A program made the translations under genes and the position numbers. Positions 24,690-36,110 of a DNA stretch of 64,000 bases are shown one piece after another. The notes beneath the pieces were generated by a model. The model worked only from the letters and a program-made list of their open reading frames with translations. It searched no databases and was not told where the DNA came from. Source of the DNA: Lama guanicoe (lineage: Eukaryota). The stretch is from the NCBI GenBank assembly GCA_013239625.1, contig MU053482.1:3619922-3683921 (forward strand). Reading direction: 5' to 3'. Positions within the stretch are counted from its first letter, which is position 1; each line of letters begins with the position of its first letter.

Positions 24690-24900
24690 GATGGAAGTTG
24701 CTATGGATTCAGGGTCTGATGGTTTTTGATTTGACTCCCCATTCTTCACTGACTAGTCACTAGTTACTAGTCTTGGGTAAGTGGCCTAACCTCCTTGAGT
24801 CAGTTGCTCATATATAACTTCCTCAGATAGCTACATATGGATTTAATGAGATATTATATATAAAATGCCTGATAAGTACAGCAGGCTCAAACAAAGGTAG
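24690..24900 (+). mobile_element. MIR SINE
   Basis: cttgggtaagtggcctaacctccttgagtcagtt...gatttaatgagatattatatataaaatgcctg. Confidence 0.7.
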
Positions 24901-25867
24901 TTCCCTTCCCCCTGTCTCCTGTCTATCTATATGAAGTATCCCAGAGGAGGGGGAGTTGAAAGGTTATTTGCTCCCTATATGGAGCTGCCTAAATGGAATT
25001 TTCATGAAAAAAAAAATCACACCAGATAACTTTTAGTTGGATATTTGTCTTGTCCAAGGAAGGACTTGTTCTCAGACAGATGCCCAGTGGGCATCTCAGG
25101 AGGGGAAGGGGCGAGGTTCCATCGAACGGAAAGGAGGGAAGCTGGGGTGCCTGCCCTGGTGGGACCACGAGACAGTCCCGCAGCCTCAGCACTCGCTGTC
25201 TCTCCCTAGGGTACCGCACATTGCCCTGTGTGTGTTCTCTATGAGATCAGCTTTGCAGCACGGCTTGGGCCAGACCCTCACTGTGGTTCCATTAGAAGCA
25301 TAATACTTCTTCTCCATACATGACTGTTTCCCCATGTGTGGAAGGAGCCCCGAGAGTGTAAGACTCCTGGCTCTACCCCAGAGGAACAGCTATCTGATGG
25401 GGAGTTCAGAGAAGCGTTAATATGAATAGTCAGCCCCTTCCTCTCCCCTTCTTCTTGGGAATGAGCTGCCTGCAGGGCACTCATGTTCTGCTCTGCTCCT
25501 CCAGGCTCTAAGATTTAAAGGGGCCTGCCTCCACCGGAGGGCACTACACAAGGCTGGGGGGTGAGTCTGCTTGCCTGCCAATGGAAACTACGTTCTCCAA
25601 TATTAGCTTTATCAGTCATAAGGGTGATATTAGACTGACTTCCCAACGAGCCTTAGAACTTAAGTGAAGGGAGGAAGTGGTTTTACTGAGCCTCCTTAAA
25701 GACCCCACGGGGTACCAGTGGCCAATCATCTAGAGTGTAAGTCTGCTGCTGCCCTCGGAGTGTTAAAGGAGTGAGACTGGGACCCGGAATGATGGGCAGT
25801 CAGAGCCTCACACCCCGTGGAGAGTGTCCTTGATGGAATCTCTGAGGGGGAACAGACAGAGGCTAGA

Positions 25868-26080
25868 AATAATAATAGCTAATGTGTGCTGAGTACTAGG
25901 AACAGACACCAGGCTGAGGCATTTAACCCTGCCAAGTAGGCACCATCATTATCTCCATTTTATAGGAGAGGAGACTAAAGCTCAGAGATGCTAGGTGCGG
26001 CTCAAGGGGTCCAGCTGGTCAGTGGTGGAGCCACACAGTCACTCCAGGGTCGCACTCTCCACTGGGCACAACGCTGCCTC
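25868..26080 (-). mobile_element. MIR SINE
   Basis: aataataatagctaatg...tctccattttataggagaggagactaaagctcagaga. Confidence 0.8.
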
Positions 26081-26609
26081 TAGGTCTGGACGCCAGATCC
26101 CACTATGACAACGGGGGAAGAGCTGGTCAAAGCTGAGCCCACCCTCCCCACTGAGGGCCAGCACTCTTTCGACCACAGCTGCACGAGCAAAATCAAGGGT
26201 GTCTTCAGGCCTTCTTCTCCTTCTAAGGAACCAGGACCTTGGGCTCTCTGGAAACTTCCTCCAAGTCAGCCTGCCAGTGGCAGAAGGCCCTGTAGCCTCT
26301 GTGGGTCCCTTCCTGGGGTGACCACGATGCCCTCAGCACTGCAGCCCAGCCCTGCAGCCCCACAGGGATCACTGTATGGCCCCACCCCTTTCAGCCTCTC
26401 CTGTGGGCCCACAGGTTCCTAACTTTCCCTTGGGTTTGCTGGGGTGGCTCAGCTCCGCCCCTCACCATCCCCTACTCACAGATGCCCCTGCTCATAGAAC
26501 CCCGGTTTCCTCCAAACCAACATTTCCTAAACTTGAATCACCTTCACATTTTCTACCACATCTGGGTGCCACCTCTACATTTATTAATTTCATGATCTTT
26601 GATTGGCAA

Positions 26610-26830
26610 TGAGCCAGGAAGCCAGGCTTGCAATCCCAGCCAGGCCATTTACCAGCTTCCTGTTGTTGGGCAAGTTCTTCACCCTCTCTGGCCTCAGTTT
26701 CCTTATCTGTACAACAGGGGTATGTGTAGTAAGTACTTCAGGGGTCGCTGTGAGGACGAAGTGAGGTTCTGTAGGGAAAGCATTAGAAGAGCGCCCAGCA
26801 CACAGTAAGCGCTCAGTGTTAGCCACCCCT
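26610..26830 (+). mobile_element. MIR SINE, flanked by probable hAT-Charlie remnants (~26518-27040)
   Basis: ttgggcaagttcttcaccctctctggcctcagtttccttatctgtacaa...gcacacagtaagcgctcagt. Confidence 0.85.
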
Positions 26831-27521
26831 GTCATCACATTTATTTAAAAAGGAATCTTTATATCCCTACCATCAATGGAAAGTCAATACCACTTATCCC
26901 ACCACCAGAGAGGAGTGAGTTGTAAAAATAAACTTAATGAAAATAGTTATTGAATTCTAGCCATTCCCGATGAAGGCTCCAGGCCCAAGACCTGCTCTCA
27001 TCTTGTCAAGAAGAGACACAAGCAAGCATCTGAAAGATACTGAAGGCACAGTAGGTTCAAACCCAGGAGAACAACTTGCCCTGATTTGCTTGGGACGTCC
27101 GGTTTCAGTACTGAAAGTCCTGCAGCACCCGCCCTCCTGGGCCACCTCGGAGGGATGGAAAAGCGCTTAAAAGGCAATAACGTGTGTGTGAGTCCATGTA
27201 TTTAGGGCTGAGTCAGGATCCCACTTACTACCATCCTGCAGAACAAGCCCACATCCTAGGGCACACCGCACAAGCCCACCTGGGAGCACAGAGTTTCCAA
27301 ACACCATTAACGGATGGAAGAGCTGTCATGTGTGCACCACTGAGACAGGCTCCCGAAAAAACCCACATTTGAAAATGCCCAGCGAGAGGAATGATGATTA
27401 AACTGTTGCACAGCTAAAATTATTCAGTAATATATAATCCCTCAAAAATCATGCTTTGAAGTATCTTTAATGACATGGGAAAATGATCATGATAGAATGT
27501 TCAGTTTAAAAAAGCAGGCTA

Positions 27522-28124
27522 TGACTCAGCCATAAAAATGAACATGGGGGAAGGGTATAGCTCGGTGGTAGAGCGCATGTCTAGGATGCACAAGGTCCTG
27601 GGTTCAATCTCTGGTACCTTCATCAAAAAAAATAAATAAGTAAACTTAATTACCTCTACCCCCCCCCCGCAAAAACAAACAAACAAAACCAAAAAGAGTG
27701 CAATTTTGCCATTTGCAACACCATGGATGGACTCGGAGGGTATTATGCTAAGTGAAATGAATCAGACAGAGAAAGACAAATATGGTATATTATCATGTGT
27801 GTGTGGAATCTAAAAAATAAAACAAAATAGTGAATATAACAAAAAGAAACAGACTCACAGATGTAGAGAAGGAACTAGTGGTCACCAGGAGGGAGAGAGA
27901 AGGGTGAGGGGCAAGACAGAGGTGGAGGATCAAGAGGTACAAACTATCAGGTGTAAAATAAGATACAAGGATGTATTATTGTACAACACGGGGAATACAG
28001 CCAATACTTTATAATAACTATAAATGAAGTGTAACCTTTAAAGATTGTGAATCACTATGTTGTATAATATTATGTCACAGGTTATTTTATCAACTATACT
28101 TCAATTTTTAAAAACTAAAAAAAG
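27522..28124 (+). mobile_element. L1 3'UTR (intermediate-age subfamily), containing a SINE insertion
   Basis: actcagccataaaa...attttgccatttgcaacaccatggatggac...atcaactatacttcaatt plus A tail; TSD aaagcaggcta/aaagcagacta at 27511-27521 and 28125-28135. Confidence 0.9.
27546..27690 (+). mobile_element. tRNA-Ala-derived SINE (camelid vic-1 type), nested in L1
   Basis: gggtatagctcggtggtagagcgcatg...ggtcctgggttcaatctctggtacc head; same aaac(c/t)taattacct plus C-tract tail as the copy at 2049. Confidence 0.85.
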
Positions 28125-28135
28125 AAAGCAGACTA

Positions 28136-28790
28136 AGATATCCTTCCATAGGTGCATGGATAAATAAACCATGGTGCATCTAGATAATGGAGTATTATTC
28201 AGGGCTAAAAAGCAATGAGCTATCAAGCCATGAAAAGACATGGAGGAATCTTAAATGCATATGATTAAGAAGCCAGTCTGAAAAAGCTACAAAGTATTTG
28301 ACTGCAACTGTATGACATTCTAGAAAAGGCAAAATTAAGGAGACAGTAAAAAGATCTGTGGTTGCTAGGGGTTGGGGTTGCGGGGGAAGGATGAATAGGT
28401 GGAACACAGAGGATTTTTAGGGCAGTGAAAACACTCTGTATGACACTATAATGGTGGATATGTGTTATCATACAAGTTGTCCAAATCCACAGACTGTACA
28501 ACACCAAGAGTAAACCCTAAGGTAAACCATGGACTTTGGGTGATTATGATGCCGTGATGTAGGTTCATCAGTTGTAGCAAATATACCACTCTGTTATATT
28601 GGGGGAGAATCAAGCCCATTGAGCAAGGAATCTAGCTTCCTCGCACAGAGACTCGCAGAAGCCCTCACCCCGAAATCATAAGCCCATTGTGTAGGTGTGG
28701 CGATATGGGAAATCTCTGTGGTACCTTTCTCTCAATTTTGTGGTGAACCTAAAACTGCTCTAAAAGAATAAAATCTAAAAAAAAATTTTT
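28136..28790 (+). mobile_element. L1MC-like 3' end
   Basis: aatgagctatcaagccatgaaaagacatggaggaatcttaaatgcata...gtgaacctaaaactgctctaaaa; TSD aaagcagacta at 28125-28135 and 28791-28801. Confidence 0.9.
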
Positions 28791-28886
28791 AAAGCAGACT
28801 ATAAAACCACATATGGTAAGACTTTAGTTTTATAAAATATAAAGAAATATAGAGAAAGAAACACACCATAATATTAACAATATTTA

Positions 28887-29127
28887 GGGTGGAGGGTGGG
28901 AAGGGATAGACTGGGATTTTAAAATTGTAGAATAGATAAACAAGATTACACTGTATAGCACAGGGAAATATACACAAAATGTTATGATCACTCACAGAGA
29001 AAAAAATGTGACAATGAGTGTGTATATGTCCATGAATGACTGAAAAATTGTGCTGAACACTGGAATTTGACACAACATTGTAAAATGATTATAAATCAAT
29101 AAAAAATGTTAAAAAAACATTAAAAAA
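28887..29127 (+). mobile_element. Young lineage-specific L1 3' end with perfect 11-bp TSD
   Basis: gggtgggaagggatagactggga...ttgtaaaatgattataaatcaataaaaaatgtt; TSD aacaatattta at 28876-28886 and 29128-29138; same subfamily end as the L1 at 41341. Confidence 0.93.
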
Positions 29128-30769
29128 AACAATATTTATCTCTGAGTGATAGGATTCCAGGGAGATGTTTTATTTCTTTATATTTATTTCTGAATTTCTT
29201 TTTATACTTAATTCTATATTTTCCAAGGAAATTTGGCAAGGAATATATATTACTTTCATTACCAGGAAAAAACTTTGAAAAAGAATTCTTAATTTCAAAA
29301 GTACAGGGAAGAAAGTAACCAGAGCTGATTAAGCCTAGCCTTCCCTGACTCCTTTTTACACCCAGGGCCGACTAGCAGAGAGGTTTTCTGTCTGGCTGAC
29401 TGTCTCCTGCTTTCCTTCTCCCCTGGCGAAGGCCCTCACAGAGAAGGCAGGGCCTGTCCAAGGTCACGGACTCATGTTGCATCCCATCTAGTGAGGTTGC
29501 CCTGGGCTGTCCCTTGAACTCAGAGCCGGGCCTCCAAGGTCCATGGACAAATGCAATCCCCTTGACTTCCCTGTCATGTGGGCTGTGACACTCATAACTG
29601 CCCTGAGACCTGTTACTAACTAGAGGCAGGGTGGCATCTAACACTGGAAGTGCCCACGTTAGATCAAGGTGGCCTGAGCAGGAATCCCCACTTACCACGT
29701 ATCAACCATGTGCCTTACTTTACCTCAGTCACAACGTCCTCATCTCGATCACAAGGATGAAATTACATAACAGTTCTAGTACAGACCCTGGCACAAGGTA
29801 GGAACACAATTCATTGAATTTTCTCTCCTCCTTTTCACATTTATAAGAGAGCTAGTTCACTAACTCAAAGAGCTCCCCAAGGAGCAGGAGCAGAGTCTGG
29901 GGGCTCCTGGATCTCTCCTCCCCATCCATCTGGGCCTCCGTTCCTCCTCAGTCATCAAACAGTCCCTCTGCTGACTGCCAAGCACAGAGGGGACGGCCAA
30001 GGGGCAGCCCAGAGGCTCCCTGGCACTACCCAGGAGAGATAGAGGCTGGGGAGGAAGTGGACAACTTGAGATTCCCACCTTGCATCCTCTCAAGACAGAC
30101 GAGAAGAATCTGCTCATCAGGCACACACACAGAATAAACCCAGGGCCCTGATTAACCAGAACATGCATTTTGAGTATTAGGTTCATTTCTTCATAAGAAA
30201 AAACCAACTGATCCTGAGCACTTAGTACACTCCCAGCATCACTCTGGGTGCAGGACACACAGTGGGGAATGAGACAGGGTCTCTGCCCTCACAGGGCTCA
30301 GTCCCCACTCCTGCTGGAGGCGTGGGTGCATCCATCCACCCCTATTACCAAGACTTACAGGAAAGAGGCAGGAACTGTTTGGGAAGCTGAGAACCCTTTA
30401 TGTGTGGTTCTGCCCATCAGGCAAGGAATCTAGCTTTCCTCTCACAGAGACTCATGGAACCCCTCACCCTGACATTACAAGTCCCCTGGTGCCCCTGGGA
30501 GTTAGCTTCAAGTAGAAGGCATTACATGGCCTTAACTATCCTCATCCAAGATACTAAGTCCCCTGCTTTGTCACCTGGTGGCTGGGTGACCTTGGACAAG
30601 TTGTGTCACATTCCCTAGTCCTAGCACCCTCCTGTAAAATCGAATTAAAGACACATCCCTCTTAGCGTGGCTGAAAAGAGCACACCAAATCATGTGTGGA
30701 GAGCCTCAGATGCAGCGTTGGAAGAGTCAGTGCTTCCCCCACCGCTCTCTCAGAAATGGCACCAACTGT

Positions 30770-30990
30770 AGATGGACAGAGCACAGTGGTTAAGAGCACA
30801 GCCTCCAGAGACAGGCTGCCAGCACCACCTGTCACCAGCTGTATGACTTCTTGTGCTAAAACGTCCCACCTAGAGATGAGGGTAGTCATGGGAACCCCAG
30901 CTTTGCAGAGTTGTAAAGTTTGAATTACTGCACGGGAAGTGCTTAGAACAGTGTTCCCTGTACAGTAATAATGGCAATGTTTGCTTTTTT
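30770..30990 (+). mobile_element. MIR SINE
   Basis: gcacagtggttaagagcacagcctccagagacaggc...aagtgcttagaacagtg. Confidence 0.85.
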
Positions 30991-33491
30991 TTCTTCTAGA
31001 AAACATGTTTACAGGGATCATTGATCATGTTGTAGCAATGAGCACATGATTATACCTCCCAGACGATCTTAGAGGGAATACAGGAACATCCCACTTACTA
31101 CCAAGTATAGAGGAAGGTCTATCAGCTATGAATACAAATAGCCAAACACACACACACACACCCCCTTCTGAATCATGGACCAAGCATGACAATGACAACT
31201 GTATTGTCCATTAGGTCAAAAATCACAAGACACTACTGAAGGCAGGAGTGTACCCTCACCCTCACAGCTGTGTTCAGGGGCAGGAGCACTGCAGTTAGAC
31301 TTACACAGACTTGGGTTTGACTCCTAGCTCTGCTAGTTCTGCTCTTTCTTAGTGGTCTGACCTTAGGCAAGTCACTTAACCTGAGTTTCCTCCCCATCAG
31401 AGTGGTGGCATGAGGCTGGGGGGAGTTAACTCCACCTGTCTCACCAGCATGTCATTGCCCCCTGGTGGGAACAAGAGAAACCCTCTTGACTCTGACTCCC
31501 TAGTGCTGCCAGCCGAACAGTCCTGGGAAACTGCCTCCTTTTTCCTGCATGAGACCCAGCTCAGACCAGCCCATGGGCTGCTTTATTTTCCCCGAGACCC
31601 TCAAAGAGCAACCTGAAGAGTAAGTGTCAAAACAGCAGCTGTTGAGCTCTGGGAGACAGGAATGCAGGCCAGAGGCCTCAGGTCCCCCTACTCTGTTTAT
31701 TCAAACTGAAGAGCATCTCTGGGCTTTTACAACCGTTGACTGGGCAGAAGGAAGCAGGACAGCTGGACCCCTTTCTGGCCTCGGCTCCCACTGGCCTTTC
31801 CTTTGGAGAAATGCAGCCTGAGTGCTGCTCATTCTGGAAATAGCTCCTGGAGATGAGCAGACTCTCAGAGCACAGACTGGGCACACACAACCCCTGGAAG
31901 GAGCAGGGAAAGGGCACAGGGTGGGGCAAAACTGGAGACAAGAGTTATGGGGACAGGGATAAAAACAGTGGCGGCGACCAGAGCACACAACAGAAGGTTT
32001 AGGGACAGAAACAAGGGCAGGTCAAGGAGAGAGCCAGGGCTGGGCCAGCACAAAGTCAAAAGTGGACAGAGGGCAGCACAGGGTGGGGGTTGGGGGCAGA
32101 GAGAGGCACAAGTAAGCAGAGAGCAAGGCTGGGGAAGGGGTAACAGGCGGCTGGGGGAAACCCTGCCTGGAGGGCTTATGTAATCTGGGGGCCCCCTGTT
32201 GCTCCAAAGGGGCCCACAGGAAATCTGGGGTAGAGATCCCCAGTCAGAATCCGCATTTTCACTCTAATTCATGCATGCTTTCCAACAGCAAGCAAAAAGA
32301 GCACAATTTAGTTAAGTTAGGACAGGTCAGATTCACTTCTTATTTTAAAATGATGACAGCAACAATAAAGATACTCGGCTGAAATGCCACCCAACCAAGC
32401 CAACTCCCCTGGAAAGTTAAAGTCAGGCGCCCCCATCCCAGCACCCTGTACCTTTAAGGAGGAAAAGGGTTCCCTTGCTCCCGGCTGAAGAGGCAGGTTA
32501 TTCTTGGAGATAGCGACGACTTACCTAAAACTGAGTTATTCCCTTTTCCTCCTCTGGCCAGCCTCTCTTCACTCTGGGGAGCTTTTACCATTTAAGGTCA
32601 ATGTTACATCTGGCTCCGGAGCTGGGAGCTCAGAAGCCTCTGGCTGCGAGACTTGCTGCCCGCCTCCTCCGAGAGGGGCTGGGACTTAGCGTCCAGAGCT
32701 CCTCAGGGACCCCTCTGGCCCGGTTCAGGGGGCTAACGGCAGGGAAGCTGGCCAGGCGGCCGGGGGCTCAGCACCGGCCAGGCCTGCAAGGCAGCAGCTC
32801 GCCCTGGGCCCCTCCCATGGGCACCCGCACAGCGGAGGGCAATGCCCATGCCCCTGGGCAGCTCATGCTGCCGGCCACTGTCCGGGCCAGACTGGGACCA
32901 AGGGAACTTGGCAGATCTGTCTCCCAGCCTGGAATCTCCAGCAGGCATGTGAGCCTGGACAAGACCCTGGCCCTGTGCCAGGAAAACTGGGAACATTTCC
33001 TGTCCCAGGGATTCGGAGGCAGGGCTGTTCCTACCTTAAACCCTTGGGATTAGCAGAGAGAAGGGCCTGGAAGATTCTGCTAATCCCAGACCTGGCCCCA
33101 GCCCCAAGGGCTTCAGTCTCTGCTCCTCCACTCAACAGCCTATGGTGGTAAACCTCGTGGAGCCTGTCTCATCTCGAAAGTGGGAATCTTAGTGATAACA
33201 CCAGCCTAATTCCTAGGGTTGCAGGAGGCTTCAACAAGATAAGATTGTAGGGTTTAGCACTGTGCCAGCATCTCCTACCTCCTGATAGGCACAATTAGTT
33301 TCCTGCCCCTGCCCAGACACAGGTGAGGAAGGGCTGCCTCTCTCCTGGAAGTCCACACCCTGCCCAACTCGCTCCTCACCCACCTTGGATGCAGTGTCCA
33401 TCTAGAGAAAGATCATGGAGCTGTGGGCTCTGGGCCAGTCACACAGGGGCTCTAGCCCTCTTCTGTGGAAGAAGCTCAGAGAAGTGCTGGG

Positions 33492-33685
33492 TAGGGTTGC
33501 CAGATAAAATACAGGACATTCACTTAAATCTGAATTTCAGAAAAACAACACATATCTTTTTTAGTAATAAGTATGTCCCAAATATTACATGGGACATACT
33601 TATACTTAAAAAAAATTTTTTTTAATCTGAAATTCTAATTTAACTGCTCATCCTGTATTTTTATTTGCTAAATCTGGCAACTCTA
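33492..33685. mobile_element. MER53 palindromic hAT MITE
   Basis: TIRs tagggttgccagat / atctggcaactcta; central palindrome ataagtatgtccca...tgggacatacttat; degenerate 8-bp TSD gtgctggg/gccctggg. Confidence 0.93.
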
Positions 33686-34177
33686 GCCCTGGGTCATCTC
33701 TTGCTACCTCAGGAAGCATTCACCAGTCATGCTGAGAGCTCCAGGGATTTGTGCTTCAAGGCTTGTGGCCTACAGCCCTCCTTGTGACAGATGCCTGGCT
33801 GTACACAGTCCTTATCCCCAGCTCCTGGTCATGAGTCAGTCACCCCAGCCACGGCAAGCTTTCTCCACTGAACCTGGCCCACTGGGCCTCCATGCCGCCA
33901 CTTCCATGGGCACCCAGTCCTGAACTATCTCTCCTCCCTGCTTATTCTGAGAGAGATTCCTGCTGAGACTGCAGTGCATGCTGTCTGTTACAACCATAAA
34001 TAACTGTGCTTTTATAGATGTACCCAGAGGAGACTCTCCTGGGTACAGGTCATGCTTTCTCTCAGGTGTCAACACCTATCTGTCTGCTGGAAACAGGCTC
34101 CCACTGGCAAAGCCACGTAGTGGTAACTACTAGAACTGTAGGTATAAGGCTGAAAGGCATTTACCAAACTCTTCTGC

Positions 34178-34352
34178 ACAGTTTCTCTAGCTTCACTGTG
34201 CATTAGAATTCCCAGGTATGAAGCTCTCTGGACCTCTCTTTCAGAAATTCTAATTCCATGGATCTACAAGTAGAACCCAGGAACCTATACGTTAATTAGG
34301 GCCCGTAGGTGATTCTTACAGTTGCTCCAAGGACCCCACTTTAGCGAATGAT
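34178..34352. mobile_element. MER5A-like MITE
   Basis: tgcattagaattccc...cagaaattctaattc...cccaggaacct...aggtgattct...ggaccccacttt. Confidence 0.7.
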
Positions 34353-34469
34353 GCTTCTAAGACTGACTTTGTGACTCCAGCAGCAATTACTGCAGAGGTA
34401 ACTAGAAACTTTGGCTGAAATGAAACTGAAGGCTTTGTGTGCATGTGAGGAGGGTTTGCATGTCTGTAT

Positions 34470-34690
34470 AGCAATTATATGTTGAGCACCTACTGTCTCC
34501 CAACCACTGTATTAGATGCTCCACATTAAAGTGCCCTATGAAATAGAATTATTTTTACCATTCTTTCAAAAAGGAAACTGAGACTTGAAGATGTAGAAGA
34601 CTTATCTGATGCTCCACAGCCAATAAGTGGCAGAACTAAGAGGAGAACTTAGGTAGACTGGTCCTAAAGCTCTTTCCCCTGTACCATACT
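34470..34690 (-). mobile_element. MIR SINE
   Basis: gttgagcacctactgt...aggaaactgagactt...taagtggcagaact. Confidence 0.75.
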
Positions 34691-34704
34691 TCCTCCCCTC
34701 CCAT

Positions 34705-34865
34705 CAGGGTTTCTTAAACTAAGGTTCATGGAGAGCCTTCAGGGGTCTCAGAGCCAACTGAAATTGTGTGCAAAACATGGTGTGATTTCTGTTTTTCTTG
34801 AGTACAGGCCCACAGCTTTCCTCCAGACTCACAAAGGGGGTCACCAAATACTTTTTAAATCACTG
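34705..34865 (+). mobile_element. MER117-like hAT-Charlie MITE
   Basis: cagggtttcttaaact...cttcaggggtc...ctgaaattgtgtgcaaaa...cacagctttc...caaagggg...cactg. Confidence 0.7.
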
Positions 34866-34879
34866 CATTAACACTAGCA

Positions 34880-35460
34880 TTTCATAAAACACATTACTGG
34901 TTGGAGTGTGAAATGGAGCAGGCTCTACAGAAGACAGTTTAGTATGATCAAAATTACAAGGCTTATATCCTTTGACCCAATTCCACGTCAAGGAATTTAT
35001 TCTACAAACATACTCCCACACTTGGGAAATGATAGATGAACACCATGATTCATTGTGCTTTGTCTATAAAAGCAAAAGGACTAGAAATAATATAAATGTC
35101 CACCAATTGGGGGCCATAAAAGATGATGAGTAGAGTCACAACAAAAGATGAGATCTTTGTGTAGTGATATGAAAAGCTTTCACAATCACACGATTAAGTG
35201 CAAAAAGTAAGACAACAGAACAGTATGGATACATACACACACACAAATATACTTAAAGTCATACATACACACAAGTACATATGTGTGTGTGCACACAATC
35301 TCACTAAAATTAGCACAGGAAACAAATAACATTAACATTAGGTGCCTATAAGGAGGGAATCTAAGTGGCTGAGGCAAAGAGTATCCACAGTGTACCTCAT
35401 TTATACATTTAAAGTTTTGGATCATATGAATAAGTCATGTGTTTACATTCAAAAAATAAT
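34880..35460 (+). mobile_element. Ancient L1ME-like 3' region
   Basis: tcctttgacccaattccacgtcaaggaatttattcta...taaatgtccaccaat... Confidence 0.65.
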
Positions 35461-35569
35461 AATGACACAACAGCATTGCTGTGAACAGGAATTTAATCAA
35501 TTCCTCTTCCAGTTCCGCCCCTCTAAGTGTCAAAGAGTACTGACACGAGCCTGACTAAAGGTTATTTTT

Positions 35570-35753
35570 GGTTTTTACTTTTTATTTTGGCATAATTACA
35601 GACACGCAGGAAGTTGCAAGAATAGTACATGGAGTCTCTTGTACCCTTCATCCAGCTTCCCCCAGTGGTGATGTCTTACATGGCTGATGTATGACATGAA
35701 AACCACGAAGTGGGCATTGGCATGTTATTGTTAACTAGACTACAGATTTTATT
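35570..35753 (-). mobile_element. Short L1 3' end (L1MC/MD-like) with perfect 15-bp TSD
   Basis: ttattttggcataattacagac...ggaagttgcaagaatagtaca...gtacccttcatccagcttcccc; TSD ctaaaggttattttt at 35555-35569 and 35754-35768. Confidence 0.9.
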
Positions 35754-35784
35754 CTAAAGGTTATTTTTAAGATATTGCCTTCTC

Positions 35785-36110
35785 TAAGTCAGGCAGAAAG
35801 AGACAAATACCATATGATATCAGTTACATGTGGAATCTAAAAAAATGATACCGATGAACTTATTTACAAAACAGAAAGGGACTCACAGACATAGAAAACA
35901 AACTTATGGTTACCAAAGGGGAAAGGAGAGGGAAGGATAAATTAGGAGTTTGGGATTAGTAGAAACCAACTACTATATATAAAATAGATAAACTAGGTCC
36001 TACTATATAGCACAGGGAACTACATGTAATATCTTGTAACAACCTATAATGAAAAATATACCAGAAACTAATACAACATTGTAACTATACTTCAATAAAG
36101 AAAAAAATAT
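35785..36110 (+). mobile_element. Young L1 3' end
   Basis: taagtcaggcagaaagagacaaataccatatgatatc...gtaactatacttcaataaa; TSD core tgccttctc at 35776-35784 and 36114-36122. Confidence 0.9.

Larger units (their letters stand above)
27385..29280 (+). mobile_element. Ancient L1ME-like 3' region, split by several younger insertions
   Basis: Pieces ~27385-27521, 28791-28886 and 29128-29280 join into tttaatgacatgggaaaatg...aaagcagactataaa...aacaatatttatctctgagtgataggatt. Confidence 0.65.

Noticed and set aside
32601..33053. 150-aa GC-rich ORF or a true CpG island
   Set aside because: Low-complexity Gly/Ala/Pro/Arg translation reflects GC content; CpG density is raised but appears below island threshold
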